DNA of 64,000 bases, taken from positions 1,612,001 through 1,676,000 of the forward strand of contig JAYWIR010000038.1 of the NCBI GenBank assembly GCA_036172245.1. The letters run 5' to 3'. The stretch comes from Raillietiella orientalis. Lineage: Eukaryota. The position numbers and the translations under genes are program-made. Position 1 is the first letter of the stretch; every line of letters begins with the position of its first letter. Shown in pieces: positions 49,204 to 62,688 of this stretch. Under the pieces are notes generated by a model. The model was not told the DNA's origin. It ran no database searches and saw nothing but the letters and a program-made list of their open reading frames with translations.

Positions 49204-51099
49204 TTTTTCTCGAAGAAAAAACTCCGTTACCCACTGAAGTTCTAGCAAGCAGAAACGGGTCCACTGCCTCCGGCCGTCATATCGAAGCGGGGAATTGAAA
49301 CCATTGCTATTTCACAGCTGCCGCGGTACCAGAAGGTATCTTCCATTTCTTAGACAGCTGTGATAACGGCTCCCCGACAATTATCAAAGCTCAAGGAATA
49401 TGCAGCCATTTGTGCTATGGGTTAGCAGACCGGATATATCCGCAGAATACTAATTTTCTAATTGGGCGCAACAAGCCTTTCGGCGCCAACTGGTAGTTTT
49501 CAAGATGGCAGAATAAAGCTGGAACTGAAATAAAACAGCCGACCTCGTTGCAAAGCAATATGTCTCTCTTAAGTAAGTCGCATCCTTTGGTTTCCTGATC
49601 CACACCAACCAGAGATTTCGGGGAGACGAAAGCACTGCTTGTGAAATGCCACTCGTGGATCGTGTTTCTGCCTTTGCCTTCTGACATATGCACTGACGGT
49701 TTCCATACCCAAAAGAACATGAAATGCTCATCGTCTCAGGGCTGTCCGGAAATGCGTTCCGCTTCGCTCGAATACAAACCAACTTGAAAGATGGAACTGA
49801 GCTGCATTCGAAGATCCCTACTCTTTCGAACCGTATCTCGAAACACCATTGCTGTTTCATACTGGTCCTGAGCTCTGTCATTTCCATCTGTTTGCTAGCA
49901 ATCACAAAGAATGAAACCACGAGGGGAAAGGCTCGAATCCTTGTATGTTTCCCTAGGTTTTACGCAAGTGAGAACTGCATTTTTCTTCGCTAAAGCAAAC
50001 AAAAAATAAAAACGCCGTCTCGATAGATAAATGAATTCATTTCTCACTTTTTCCTCGCAATTGTCTGACATTCTACGAAAGCACCAGTTCGTTGGGTGTA
50101 TCAATATGCATAAAACGAACCCCTAAGAGTTCATTTTTCGATTATTTCACTCCTAGGTCTAGGAAGTCCAGATATGGCCGCAGAATACTAATTTCTGGGA
50201 AAAAATAAGCTTGAGCTCATAAAGGGAGCTCGAATTCTTGCAGCAAACCCGAAATGAACATGCACTTGAAAGCTCGGTAACATACTTCATTGATTAAGGA
50301 CGAGCTGCTTGCAAAGTCAAACTTCAATATTCTTCATTATCCCATCACAGAGGCCGACTTCCCTTAAAGAGACGTTTATAGACCACTTATTTTTGATTCA
50401 GTCTGCAAAAAATAATGCTTCTGGACATCTGAAATAAACCATTTAAAGCAATATACTTCAGGAAACCTTAAGTCAACTGAAGTCATTTTGCCACACCCAT
50501 TTCACAGTCAATGGCTAACCCAAAAAACATGTTTAATCTAATAACGACATTTTTCAGATGTTCTTGTTGTCCTCCATATAATTAATGAGGGACGTATATT
50601 CTTTGGATATTCAAGATACATACATTCAAGTGCCACAACACATTAGCAATTTGATGAAACTGAGCATGTTGTGCTTAAAATGTTATGGGTAAGCTTTAAT
50701 AAGTCCCACCACAACATTTTACATCTAAAAGTTCATCACATTTGTTTATAAAATGTTTTACATGACAACTGTCAAATTTCAAAATGGTGCAATCACCAAG
50801 TGCTGGAGATGGATCACTGTTTGGGGAATTTGCTGTAGCAAATGCATTTGCCAGAAACAAAGTCTTGAAAATTCTATCATCGACATACAATTTTTTTACT
50901 TGTGTAATTAACTAGCAGATAAGTTTTAGGTCAAACAAAAGTGAATGCTCCAATACTAAAAAACAAAACCAACAATTCACTTTAAATGAATGTATTAAGC
51001 ATTAATCAATATAAAAATTATGGCACTACATAAGTAAAGAGTTGAAGAAATTTCACTTCGAATTCAGATTTCAACATCTGACAAAACCCCCAAAGCTAT

Positions 51100-52303
51100 T
51101 CACAACTCATCATGAGTTACAGTAAGAGCTTGACCAAAATCTGTCACTTGAGATCCCATGAAAACATCATATTTTTCAAAAATCTCCTGTTGAGTCAGAA
51201 AACCATCTTGATTTAAGTCACACTCTTGCATCAAATGAATGGCTTCAGCTGCAGCCCCATTAAACCCTAAAGGGGCGATCCAGTGTCCAAGTTCTTCCCC
51301 ATCCAAAAATCCATCTTTGTTGTGATCATGAAAATTAGCAAATTGTTCCCTCTGATGCTTCACCCAATCTGGTTCTTCACCTTCACCTTTATGCAAATCT
51401 CCTGGAAAAACGGGATTAGAAAGTTATGAACTTTGTGAACTGCAGAGAGAATATAAATCAAACATCAATATCAGAGTTAAAAAGCATAACTATCATTTCA
51501 GAAATCTGGGTGATAAACGTCATCATTTCTTTTGAGAATGCTTAAGGCATTTTCACAAATATCCTTTACCTATAAATTCCTCCATACTGACAACTCCATC
51601 CTTGTTAGTATCCATGTCATCCACAGCATCTAGAATAACTGACTGCCTCATGTGTTCATACTGATCAGCATGCAAAAAACTTTGAAATTCTTCCATCGTA
51701 AGCCCCTGATCTCCATCTATATCAGATAATTTCCAGCGACGCTGATCTTTAAATAACATATTCAGTACTTTTGTTGTTTCTTCATTGACATCATTATCTG
51801 TATCATCTAGGGGGCCATATACAGATGATCGATACATATCCCAGGACAGAATGGTAAGATTATCCGGATTATGCAGCAACCACTGTTGGTAGACATTTTC
51901 CTGGATTGATTTTTGTTGTACATGTTGGATCCAATCTTCTAGCTCTTTTTCATTCACTAAATTATCTGCATTCACATCCATCTTCTGAATGATTTGCCTA
52001 CTAAGAACCTGAGACATACATCTTTAATTTTCTCACTTCAGTGTTTGCTTGCTTTGTTTGGGAGACAGCTGATCAAAATCTTTGGCTTCCTTGACACCCA
52101 GTAATGTTTCATGACTAAAATCCAAATTACGATCTTCATCTACATGTTGAAAATCTGAAGACTTAATCTGAAACATTAAACACTTTTCATATGCCAAACC
52201 TTTGAAAAACATCATTACAGACCTGCACCGTTTCCAATGAATCCGCGAGCGTACGAACCGCACACGTTACTGCAGTGAATATCATTAACTGTGTTAGTTT
52301 CAT
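51100..52303 (-). CDS. Calumenin/reticulocalbin (CREC family) multi-EF-hand ER protein, 4 coding exons
   Basis: Exons 52303-52223 (signal peptide MKLTQLMIFTAVTCAVRTLA), 52167-52037, ~51997-51570 and 51401-51100. EF-hands DVNADNLVNEKE, DIDGDQGLTMEE, DTNKDGVVSMEE, DHNKDGFLDGEE and DLNQDGFLTQQE. Ends FMGSQVTDFG..HDEL. Confidence 0.95.
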
Positions 52304-54657
52304 GATTTTTTAATAACACCCTTATATTGCACTCAATATCCTTTGATGAATTCTAGTTTCAACTCTTCAATAATAAGAAATAAACATATATGAATACCCA
52401 ATGATTTAAGCATATCTGTGTGTGTCAGAAATACACACAGTGTACTAGTAACATATATACACAGATTTCTAACTCTATAATACTACAATTAAAGACATCT
52501 TCCCTCTCTTAAATCACATAAACAAATAATTACACAAAGTCGCTAAGTAAAGTCTTATTCAAAACTAGACAAAACTGGATATTCTTTAAGAGCTTAGTGG
52601 ATAAAAAGTGTACTTCCAAATTCCGACTTAAAGACGGCTGTAACAAGTCAACACCCTACCCGCTTCGCGATTCCGAATACAGTAGGTGCCAACGCTTTAT
52701 TTAGTTCTAATAAAAAAAAAACCGGCACTATATTTTGTCTACATCCTCAAATAGACCTCAGATGGATGAATTGATTATTGTTTTCAACAAATTAAACATT
52801 CAATCATCGTATAATACTTATGCATATCATTACAACTACATTTTCATCAAACATTTGATAAACTCTAAGCTTTTCATTATGAGAAATCTTGAACCTCAAA
52901 TTTCACTGTGATCAATAGCCCATATCTATATTAGAAGCTCGGTCACTGAGAATGTCTATAGAATAGTTCATAGCAATTTTCACATGCATTAGTTGCATAC
53001 GAATTCTTCAATTGAAACGGAATTTTTGAAGTTTCATTTCAATTTTTAGGTAACTATTAATGTGATAATAGGACTGTTCTGTGCAAAAATAGTTAGAACA
53101 TTTTATTTGTGCATATGATAAGAATTATTTGTTTCTGAATGTTCAAAAGAAAACTGCAAAACTTGAATATCAATTTTTCTATCTGTATCTCTACCTATGT
53201 ATGTGTATACGTCTAAGTATGCATATGCATATATATATACACAAATACATATACAAACAGTAAGTATGGCTTTAAAATGTAATTATATTATATGAAGGGA
53301 GTGGGTTGATTGATTGGTTAATTAATGGTAATCTTATGGCGAAGATGGTTTAATGATGAATTGTGAAAAAAAAGGAAACAATTTAATCTTGAAAATACTT
53401 CTGCTTTGATTATAATTGAATTTTTAAGGATTACTATAAAAACTAGAAAAATTCAAGAATTAGTTTAATGGGAACATTTTGTTTATAAAGAAAGGAAATG
53501 AGTTCTTGATACATAAGTAAAGTGGTAGATTAAGGTGACTAATATGAAGGAAATACATGTGTTTAAGGTTAAATTATGCTTTGAATGCTAGTAACAATTT
53601 CAACACATGGTTTATCAATAGTTTATGAGATGCAATATATAAGAAGTTTTTACAGATTGATGATATAAGTAGCACTTGAGTAGAATTATAAAAGTGATTT
53701 AGGTTGCGATTTCTCAGAAGTTTTACTAATTATATGCCAGCAGTTGAGGTTAAACAAAGGAATCAATATTCTGTAGTTAAGGAGAATAGATATGTGATTT
53801 GGAGGGGGACGATCACTTTGTGATCTTTCCCCTCCAAATGTAGAATATAGGTGTGGAATCCTTGCTTCTTTGTTTTTGTTAGAACACGGATTTATTGTTT
53901 ATTGAAGGTTAATGACAGGGCAGTGATTTATAAGGAGTGAAATAAGAGGATTGATGAGTTTGGTTAATGCTCATGTCACTATGATATGGGGGGCTGGTAT
54001 TTCGTTATCCTCATGAAAAGTTGATCTAGAAACATCAAGCAGTTTTTTTATGCACAAGATTTTATTTTTTTGTTGAAGCATGGAGTAGTCATACTACGAA
54101 TAAATCGAGGATATGGGAGAACTAGTTTATGAGAATGCTAATTTTGGATAATAAAGATTATTTCTTAACGACATAGTTATTAGTGTTAGCAATGGCTGTT
54201 TTTATTTATTTTCGATTTACAAATTCGATGTTTTAATAAAACTGTTAAGGCTGGTGAATTATAACAGAATTAGCATCAAAAATAGGAAACATCATTAAGC
54301 ACAAGAATTCCCTTATAGCGAGAAATGGACGAAAGGAGGATTAGGGGGGAAAAGGAGGATTTCTTTCAACCGGCAATAGAGACAATAGAATGATGATGGG
54401 GGAGAGGCAATTTTGTAGGGAATCTCAAGCGTTGGAATTCCAAGAGAGCAATCACTCTTCCTAGATCGAAAGATGCCGAGCAGAGAATGATTTAGGAGAA
54501 GAGGTTCAGGCTGGATGTGGGTCGATGAGAGTAACGAGTAGGTTACTACTTAGTAAAAAATTTTTGCTTCCGATTTACAGAAAACACGAACATTGCATCA
54601 ATTAAGCGATATCCCCCTTTTCAAATAACCATGATGTATGAAAACTTCCGATCAATG

Positions 54658-54661
<4 letters not shown>

Positions 54662-54690
<29 letters not shown>
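54662..54690. repeat. (TA)n microsatellite
   Basis: Pure TA run. Confidence 0.9.
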
Positions 54691-54693
<3 letters not shown>

Positions 54694-55714
54694 CTTTGAA
54701 GACTTTACAGCCATCAAAGCCTTGATGCGATGATCACATTGTGATGCAACCAATTACTAATATACAAACACTTTAGACGGAAGAAAAGCAATTCAACACC
54801 CGAAAATATAGATCCTTTTATTAAAACAGCTTGATACTGACATCCAAAAAAGTTACCTAAGCACAACAGTAAATCTTCTTCAGGCAAGGCATCTAAAAAC
54901 TTAAAAGAAAATTCAAAAACACTATAATAGTAACGTATCAAGTTACAACTTGGTACCTTTCTATTGTACTGTTTTTGAATCGGCAGCATGCAGCATCAAC
55001 AAGATCAACGAATAAATAGTCGTGAATATCATCTACAGATTCAGTACCAACATCTGTATCATGTGAATAGTAATAGAACCGGACAGATGGATAATATGCA
55101 CGAATAATAGAATTATGACCTGTCACCTATCCAAAAAAGTCAAAGAACCTACACAGACAATAGTAAACAACCTCCTCTTCAAGTTTGCTTCAGTCTCTCC
55201 ACAATGCAAACCTACATATATAGCCAAAGAGCCCCTCTAATCCATGACTTCATCACGCATGTTACCAAAGCCGGAGAGGGCAAACAAAAAAAGAAACCTG
55301 TCCTTGGCCCCTACACATACGGAGACAGAAGAAAGCTGTACATAACCAATTGCAAAAAAAACGAACACATGCTCAACTCGTTCTCATGTAGGAACCCCGT
55401 TCACCGTGACGAAGAGGGGAGCACCGTAAGCGCCCACATGGACGGACAGCGAGCCACCTGGACACCAGCACGTTACTGAAGCCACTACAAGGACACCAAG
55501 AGGACAACCGGAGACTGCAAACTAGCCTCTGAGAGCTCGTCCAGCAACGCGACGCGTTCGCCGGCTTCGTCTACGGAAACGAACCTCCTCTGCATCCGAC
55601 CACGCTACCCATGCCCGAGATGCGGAAGTCAGGGTCGTTCCCCCACGCCTCGCTAGAAGTATCTCGGGGTGAGGCGCGAAACGACCATGGTGCAGGTGGG
55701 TTCCATAAACCGGA

Positions 55715-58700
55715 CAAGCAAAGCATTTGACTAGACCATGGGTATCCCTCGGGTTCTAATGGCACCCTTGCTTACTGCAGGCAACCCCCTTCCACCTGGG
55801 CGAACCCACAGACTTTTATTCCTCATTCACACTGATCTGCGCTTTCCACTACCCGCGAAAAGTCATCTGAACTTGACTTCTGTAGGCAAGCGGTGCTCTC
55901 AGCGCTGCTCTTTCCCTGCACGCGATACCTCACTGCCTTACCTTTCCCAATTGCTCAAGAAGACACAAAGCAGAATTCAGCGTGGAAGTACGTAGCATGG
56001 CACCCGGTGAAATTCGTTCGCAAGGACGAAGCAAATGAAGCTGATCCCCCGAGCGGCTGCAATCCCAGCCAGAAACCCAGTGAGCATGTTCCCGACTGGC
56101 TCTAGGCATACCATGCGCCCTTAAAACTATGCCCTCGTCCTTTGACTTCCCTGAAGCTCCAAGAAAATCGCGAGTCATCTGGGGTTTCCGTGGGACTCAC
56201 TTTCACTTGCTACCTCTGCGACGAGCAGATTCACAGTGCAAGTGAAGCAATTCGGTGGTGAGAAGGCAGTTCCTCGAAGTGCGTCGCATCCGTACGGGAT
56301 TGCGAGGAACGCGCACCCTCCTCCGTCCTCTTACGAGGAAAGTCGGCACGTTGTGACACGCGACTCGGGGCGCGTGCCACAAGTGACAGTACCCAGTTCA
56401 AGACGGATGAGAAGACTGTGATCTCTCTTCCTGGCTTGGTCGCATTCCTCAAACCACAGGAGGGAAATCCGAGTGCACAGGAAACCCCACCAGTCTTCAG
56501 CAGGAACCGCTGTGGAGATGCACCGAAGAAACAAAGGAGAAGCACAAAAAGCTGGGACATCGGATATTAGTGCACTTCCGGGAGCTGGGAAAAGCAGTCC
56601 CGAACGAGGAAGCCGAGAGCAGAAATGGGAAAGACCTACGACGAGCATCCGTGAGTGCTGAGAACAGCGTCTCTCCCCTCCTGTCCCTCTCGAGAGCGGT
56701 GGAGAAACACGCGAAAGTCTCCGCTTCCCCGTTTATTGCCCTCCGAGGACCCCATTCCCGGAGATGGAATCCTTCCCGCCTTCAGCCAAATCCAGCCCCC
56801 ACACTGTAGGTGCATTTGGAAGTAGGAGATTGACGTGCGAACCCCGAAGGGCATCTCCCCAGGGACAGGGAATCCTGGCAGCGACCTAGCGAGTTCAGAA
56901 ACTTCCCCGGGGAGCACAGGGACGCTGCCACATGCCTGCGTCCACGAGACTTCTCCTGCACCCGAGGCACCACACTGTTCCTGCACTTCCAATTGAAGCT
57001 TCTTTTCGCTCCGGGGAGGCAAGGCATCAGGAGCTGAGTCTCAAACAGTGCTCCTTGCTTATGGCTCGGTTGCCCTTCGGGGAGTCCAGCCTCGGCGCCG
57101 ACGACGACCGCACACTCCAACGCGAAATTCTCCATGCTGAGCACCAGCTGACCTCCGGCTCCGCACACGCTGCCGTCCTGGAGGTCGACGCACGACCCTC
57201 GTAAGGGGACGAGAGGCCTCTCGCACACCCGAGGGCTGCAGCCGGGAGTCCCCGTGCCGTTCACTGTCCACACGTTCTCTTCGTCGCACGGACCACGAAA
57301 GAACATGAGATGGCACCTTCCCGCGTTGTCCTGAACGAACCCTTCGGAACACCCGCACACCAGAGTCCCACTGGCAGTCACATACGCCTTCTGTCCGGGC
57401 ATCCTGCACACGTCAGCGTCCAAAGGGTCGAAGCACGTCTGCATCACTTCCACGAACACTAGTCCCATAGGACAAGGCCTTTTCGCGCACACAGGAAAGC
57501 GCGTGTCCGCGTCCAGAACGATCCAGCTGTCCTCGCCGCAGCGTGAGGTAAGCATCACGCAGCCGCCTTCCCTCGACAACAGCTGATCTCGCGGGCACCC
57601 GTCCGAGGGATCGCTCTGTCCCTGGACCGGCAGGGGGATGGAAGCGAGGCTGGTAACAAAGAAATCAACAAGCAGCGCGCTTGATAACAGGCTTGGCTGT
57701 CCAAGGAAAAGCAAGGACGGAGGAAAGGTGTCTAACAGGGCGAGATCTGAGCTTGCTTCGGAGGCACTAGAACGGAAAGCACTCATACAAGACATTGCAG
57801 TCCCTGTGAGTAGGAACATGGTGTTGACAATGCCGGTCATGGAGACCATAGTCTGTCTTCTGCGAAAGTCCATCCTCTGCGACAACCACACAGAATGGTG
57901 TTGTCCTCTCATGGAGCGCATTGGAGTGAAAACAGTTTCATCTTCAGTCACAATAATGATGTCGCCTGGAGGATGACTTACGAAGGGAATTTCGGTGGTG
58001 GCATTCGTATCCATCTGTTGCGGAGAATTGCTGGTTAAACTGTTGGAGGTGAGCAGCGAAGAGATCCCCGAGAATCCCGCAAGGGTGGCGCAGGTGAGTG
58101 ACATCCTTATTCGCCTTTATCCGTTTAGTCTGCCACTAAGTAAGCACCAACAACAACTGGACCTCCGCACACATGGGTGACCTCGAGACTGCGAACCGAA
58201 GGGATGAATTAATCGAGAGAACCGTTAGACCGCAGTGGCGAAGGGAGCAGTCACGCAGCTCCGGCAGAAGACGACAATGGAAGAGCAGGACGTCGAAATC
58301 ATGAGCACCTGAGCCCAATGTAGGTCTCCGGTGCTCGCGTTTTCTCCTAGCCCGCTCCCTCTTCTTCTCGGCTCCTGCATGACTTCCTCTTCGTTCTTTC
58401 CTTCTTCCCTCCGCGTGGAAGTTCAGAGCACCCTATCCTCCCGCTTCTCAGCAGACTTTCGCACTTCTTCAGGATCCCACGTCCGCTATCTCATTTCTTC
58501 CATCTTCGAGATATACCGGCTCATCGCTCTGTCCCCTGGATGGATCTCCTCTCCCCACTGAGTAACCCTGGGTGCTGCTTGTGCTCTCTGTTTCTGGTGT
58601 TGTTGTTTGCCCGCCTGCAGCGCCTTGCGTGTCCTCGACCCCCTCTGCGTGAAGGAAGACACTGCCGCACAAGCAGCATCTCCTCGAATGCATGCTTGCA

Positions 58701-61700
58701 CGAAGCAACCAAACTGATTTTTTATTTTTTTTTTCAGGGAAAGGGAGGGGGGGGGGGATGATGCGAGCTCTCGGAATGTGCGCTGGCAACGGTCACCGGT
58801 CCTTCCTCCCGCACTGCTGATAAGCCGATGAGCCCTAGAGCGACTTTTTTTGCTTCGTACCTGAGCGTCCCGCGTAACTTCCCGGTACCACCTGCGAGCG
58901 GCAACGAGGTGAGAGCGAGCGGCAGGACGTTCTTTCGTATCCTGGAAGAAGTCAGAGTAGAGCGGCAATCCGCCTTCCTTCGATGGGGTCGCTGCGAAAC
59001 AACGGTTCCCTTCTGACGCTCTGCAACAGGGTGAGACGGCCGGACTGTTGATGAGGAGCCTTACTGCAGACGGTAATCGGTGCCGCAGAGGAGGGGAAGA
59101 AGGGGAGGAGCAAGCAAACGATGTCCGCGAAAAGAACGAGAGCGCGGTTGACCTTCACTTTACAGGAATGCTTTGCGGACCTAGTTCCAGGGAGAAACTG
59201 CGGGCGACCTTCGTGCCCACTCATGACATACAAAGGGAAAGAAAGGCCGGAAGGTTTATACGGTGCTTCTGAACCCGATTCCTGACGAATTATCCAAGAA
59301 CTGGTTGTCTGCGAGCACGAAGATCTCAGGATGCCGCGAAAGGTGAGCACCCAGAGCCGTGCGGTTGATGAATCTAAAGAAACGAACAGCCTGTTCTTGG
59401 TCACATAATACCTGGACGAGGCAGAACAAGGAGGCACCGTGGCGATGCACTCTTCAAGGGGCGCAAACGCAAATTTGTCTGCAGAAACGGTCCCGCCACT
59501 TTCGCAAGCGCTTTGCGCTGCGGCGGCGACAGAAAAGCTCTCCAGAAGTACACCAAGTCGTCGCAAACCGACTCGCACCTCTTCCTTGTATGCGGCGAAG
59601 GACCGTTTTCAGAGCGACGTCATTCTTGCTTCGGAGCCTGCAGGCCGTCACAACCAAAGGGAACGTCGTTAGAAAGAACTCTGGATACGGAGTTTCACGC
59701 TGTTCCACGGGGCCCATTCTCTGGGGTGCGGACCGCTTTTGTCCGTCGCAAGATCCAAGTGCTCCCCACTTGGTTTTAGCAGTTGATTCTCGACCCGCTC
59801 GCATGCATCCGTCGGAAGTCCGCGCTTGGCTTTTGCCTTCCCTCTCACCTGCAAACCACGTTCGTTTGCACTCAGGAAACTGGCCGTTGGTCATATGCAG
59901 AACGAGGTAGGCCGGACGGCCAGCGTAAGCACCACCATCTTCTCCACTTTGCTTTTTTGCGCGGACGAACATTCATTTTTCTCAGTGCCAGCAGACTTCT
60001 GGCACAAGCAATCGCTGTTCTCCTGAATTCCCGCCTGAATCTGCTGCACACGTCTAAAGGTGCACGGCAGCACGCGGGATAGATGTGCCCTTCGTAGAGG
60101 GCAGACGCGCGCGTGGATAACGGCAGGCGGACACGTAGCTACGGTAAATTGACATTCTTTTATATCTCGATCTCACCTGTGTCTACACCTGTATCCTCCG
60201 GAAAGTCTCCCGAGATGAGTCGACACGTTTGTGTGAAATCTTGTCGGCCAAAAAGAAAGGAATGGAATCACAGTGTGATTCGACATGCATAACGTCTGAT
60301 CGTTGCTCCTTTCAACGAAACGTCCTATCGGAAGGGGTGCCCTCTGCAACCACTTCAGCTGGCGTATGATGGCGTAGCGGATAGCAAAACAAGGTTTGTG
60401 CTGGAACTGGTGCGGATTGGATGCATTTGCACACGCCCAACAAAATTTTGCGTGGGATCCGCGGATTATAGACGCTGGACGCTGGCACAAAGAAGTATCG
60501 GATCATCAGGCAGACGGAGAGAACATCAGCACGGATGGTTTGCTATCATCGCAGTCGACCCAATAGCGCACACTTCAGACGCCATTTGCTGGCAACTGCC
60601 AGCACGGAACGTGCAAAAAAGTCACCTGAAAGGATGGAGGTGTGCATTTTGTTGTCGCTGTGGCTCGAAATCCGGGAAGGAACGGGGAAAGCGAGCATTC
60701 GGCAACCCGCGAACGTTCTGAATTCCGTTCACGGTTTGTTCCGCGACAGGTGCCTTAGGACACAAGACCAGCAAGGAGGCAGTTACTGCTGAGTGGCCAG
60801 TTCGAAGTGCATCCTGATGATTGAAAAGTTTCCATAGGAATTCCTCTCACGAATGGCGGCAGGAGATCAGGGAAGGCGTAGAAGTGTGATCCAGTGGTAA
60901 AGCGGAAATCCATGGAGAATGGTATCGCGAGACTTTGCAAGACGTTCGCCAAAGCGGTTGACCCACGGCTATCTCCGCGTGGTGGAGGAGCTAATTTTGC
61001 TTCACGTTATGGAGAAGAAAAAAAGCAACAACCGTTAGTGCTGATCACAGACCTCTTTGACTGTCAAACAAACGCGTGGAACGATTTTCCATGGAATTTG
61101 TGCTTTGGAAGGGACTGGGAAGAGGGGGGAAGAACAAACTGGAGCAGAAACGTCCTTGGCGCCAAAACCCAGTGGAAATGGGTAACGCGTGATCGTCCCT
61201 CTCTTCCGGAGAGAAAGAAGTTCCCCGGATGCGAAAGGATTTCTGCGAACCGCGAGAGCGTTCCGTTGCTTCATTCCAAGTTAGCACAAGAAACCCTTAC
61301 CAGAAGTCAGTTTCCTGTTTGATAACATTCGTCCAACGATCACTTCATTAAAAATTAAACAGAATGGTCATAAGAAGAAGGTGTTGAAAAGTAACCAATT
61401 CGGTAGGTGCACGGAGACGGTGTTCTCCGCGAACAACGACTGTGTTCTTCACCCACATCGAAAAGAGTGTACTTTGCCGAAACACATACGAATAATTCAG
61501 CGTTAAGTTCGATTCACCGTCCTCCGTTTGGACGGCTCCATGGACCCCAACATTCGCTCTTTGAACGAATGTGAGCGTGAGAACGAAGGCTCTTCCTTTT
61601 CTAAGAAGCCAACTGCAAAGGGCCTCGGAGGAATAATTGGAAAACAGAAAGTCATAAAAACCAAAAGGTCAAGTTGTTTTTTCCGAAGCCGAACCGGCAA

Positions 61701-62649
61701 AAAACCGGCAAAGTTACAAAAAGCTTAAATTTGATCTTTGTGATTTGGTTCGGGAGCCCATGGTCCAAGAGAAAAGCACTTCATCTGTGTTTCGAATGAA
61801 GCAATCAGCGTTTGCTTTTCAGGAGATGCGCTTCCTCTGCACTTGATTCACGCTAACGGTGTCACGGCTCCGGTCGCCAAGGCCGGAGTGTGTACAACTG
61901 CCGAGGTGTGTACATCGCAAAGAAATCAAAAGCGCAAGGCGTTTTGTCCACAGACATCTTCCACGGTGATTTCCTTTTTACGTCTATCGCCTCCACTGCG
62001 TGTCGCGGAAGGTTCCTTCGACAAGCTTAACAGATAGCTTCCGAATTCGCAACATCCCGGTCACACGTCATGCTGCGTTCACCAAGATGCTCGCAGCCGC
62101 AGAAGCAAAAGTCCATTTGTGTTTGCGGACTTTGCGAATTCAGCCATCTCCGATTCTCGGCTTCAGGTGCGAGCTTTGGAATGGGACTCTGGGAATCCGG
62201 CAGGCAACGCGGAAGGCGCTACCTTGGACTAAGCTGTTCTGGGAGCATCCGGCTTCAACTTTGCATTTTTCCGGAAAGACCTGAAATCGAACAAATGGTT
62301 CCATCATGTGTGCTGGGGGAACCAATTATGCCCATGGAAAGACAAGTTCTGTGTGTTGTGGGTGACGAACAGTGCAATCGGAAGGAATGCAAAATCGAAC
62401 TCTGGAATATCGGGAAAAGAAACAGAATGCGTACTCGACGGCACCCTCATCGAAACAAGGAAGATCTGGACCAATCTGCTTTGCGTGGTCTCAGGACGGA
62501 AGAAAAACTCCATGAAGCCCTTCGGCAGTCGCCAGTTCAAGCAAAACTTGGACCTTTCAGCTCTGTCAGAATCGTTACGGTGCGAGAGGTCAGCATCTGC
62601 AGTACTACAGCCATTACACCGCTCACGCTGGAATCGGTATTTGCAAGAA

Positions 62650-62688
<39 letters not shown>

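Noticed and set aside
49430..50190. Short direct repeat gatat..ccgcagaatactaattt at about 49436 and 50171
   Set aside because: Only two copies of about 22 bp with no further structure; probably part of an old repeat.
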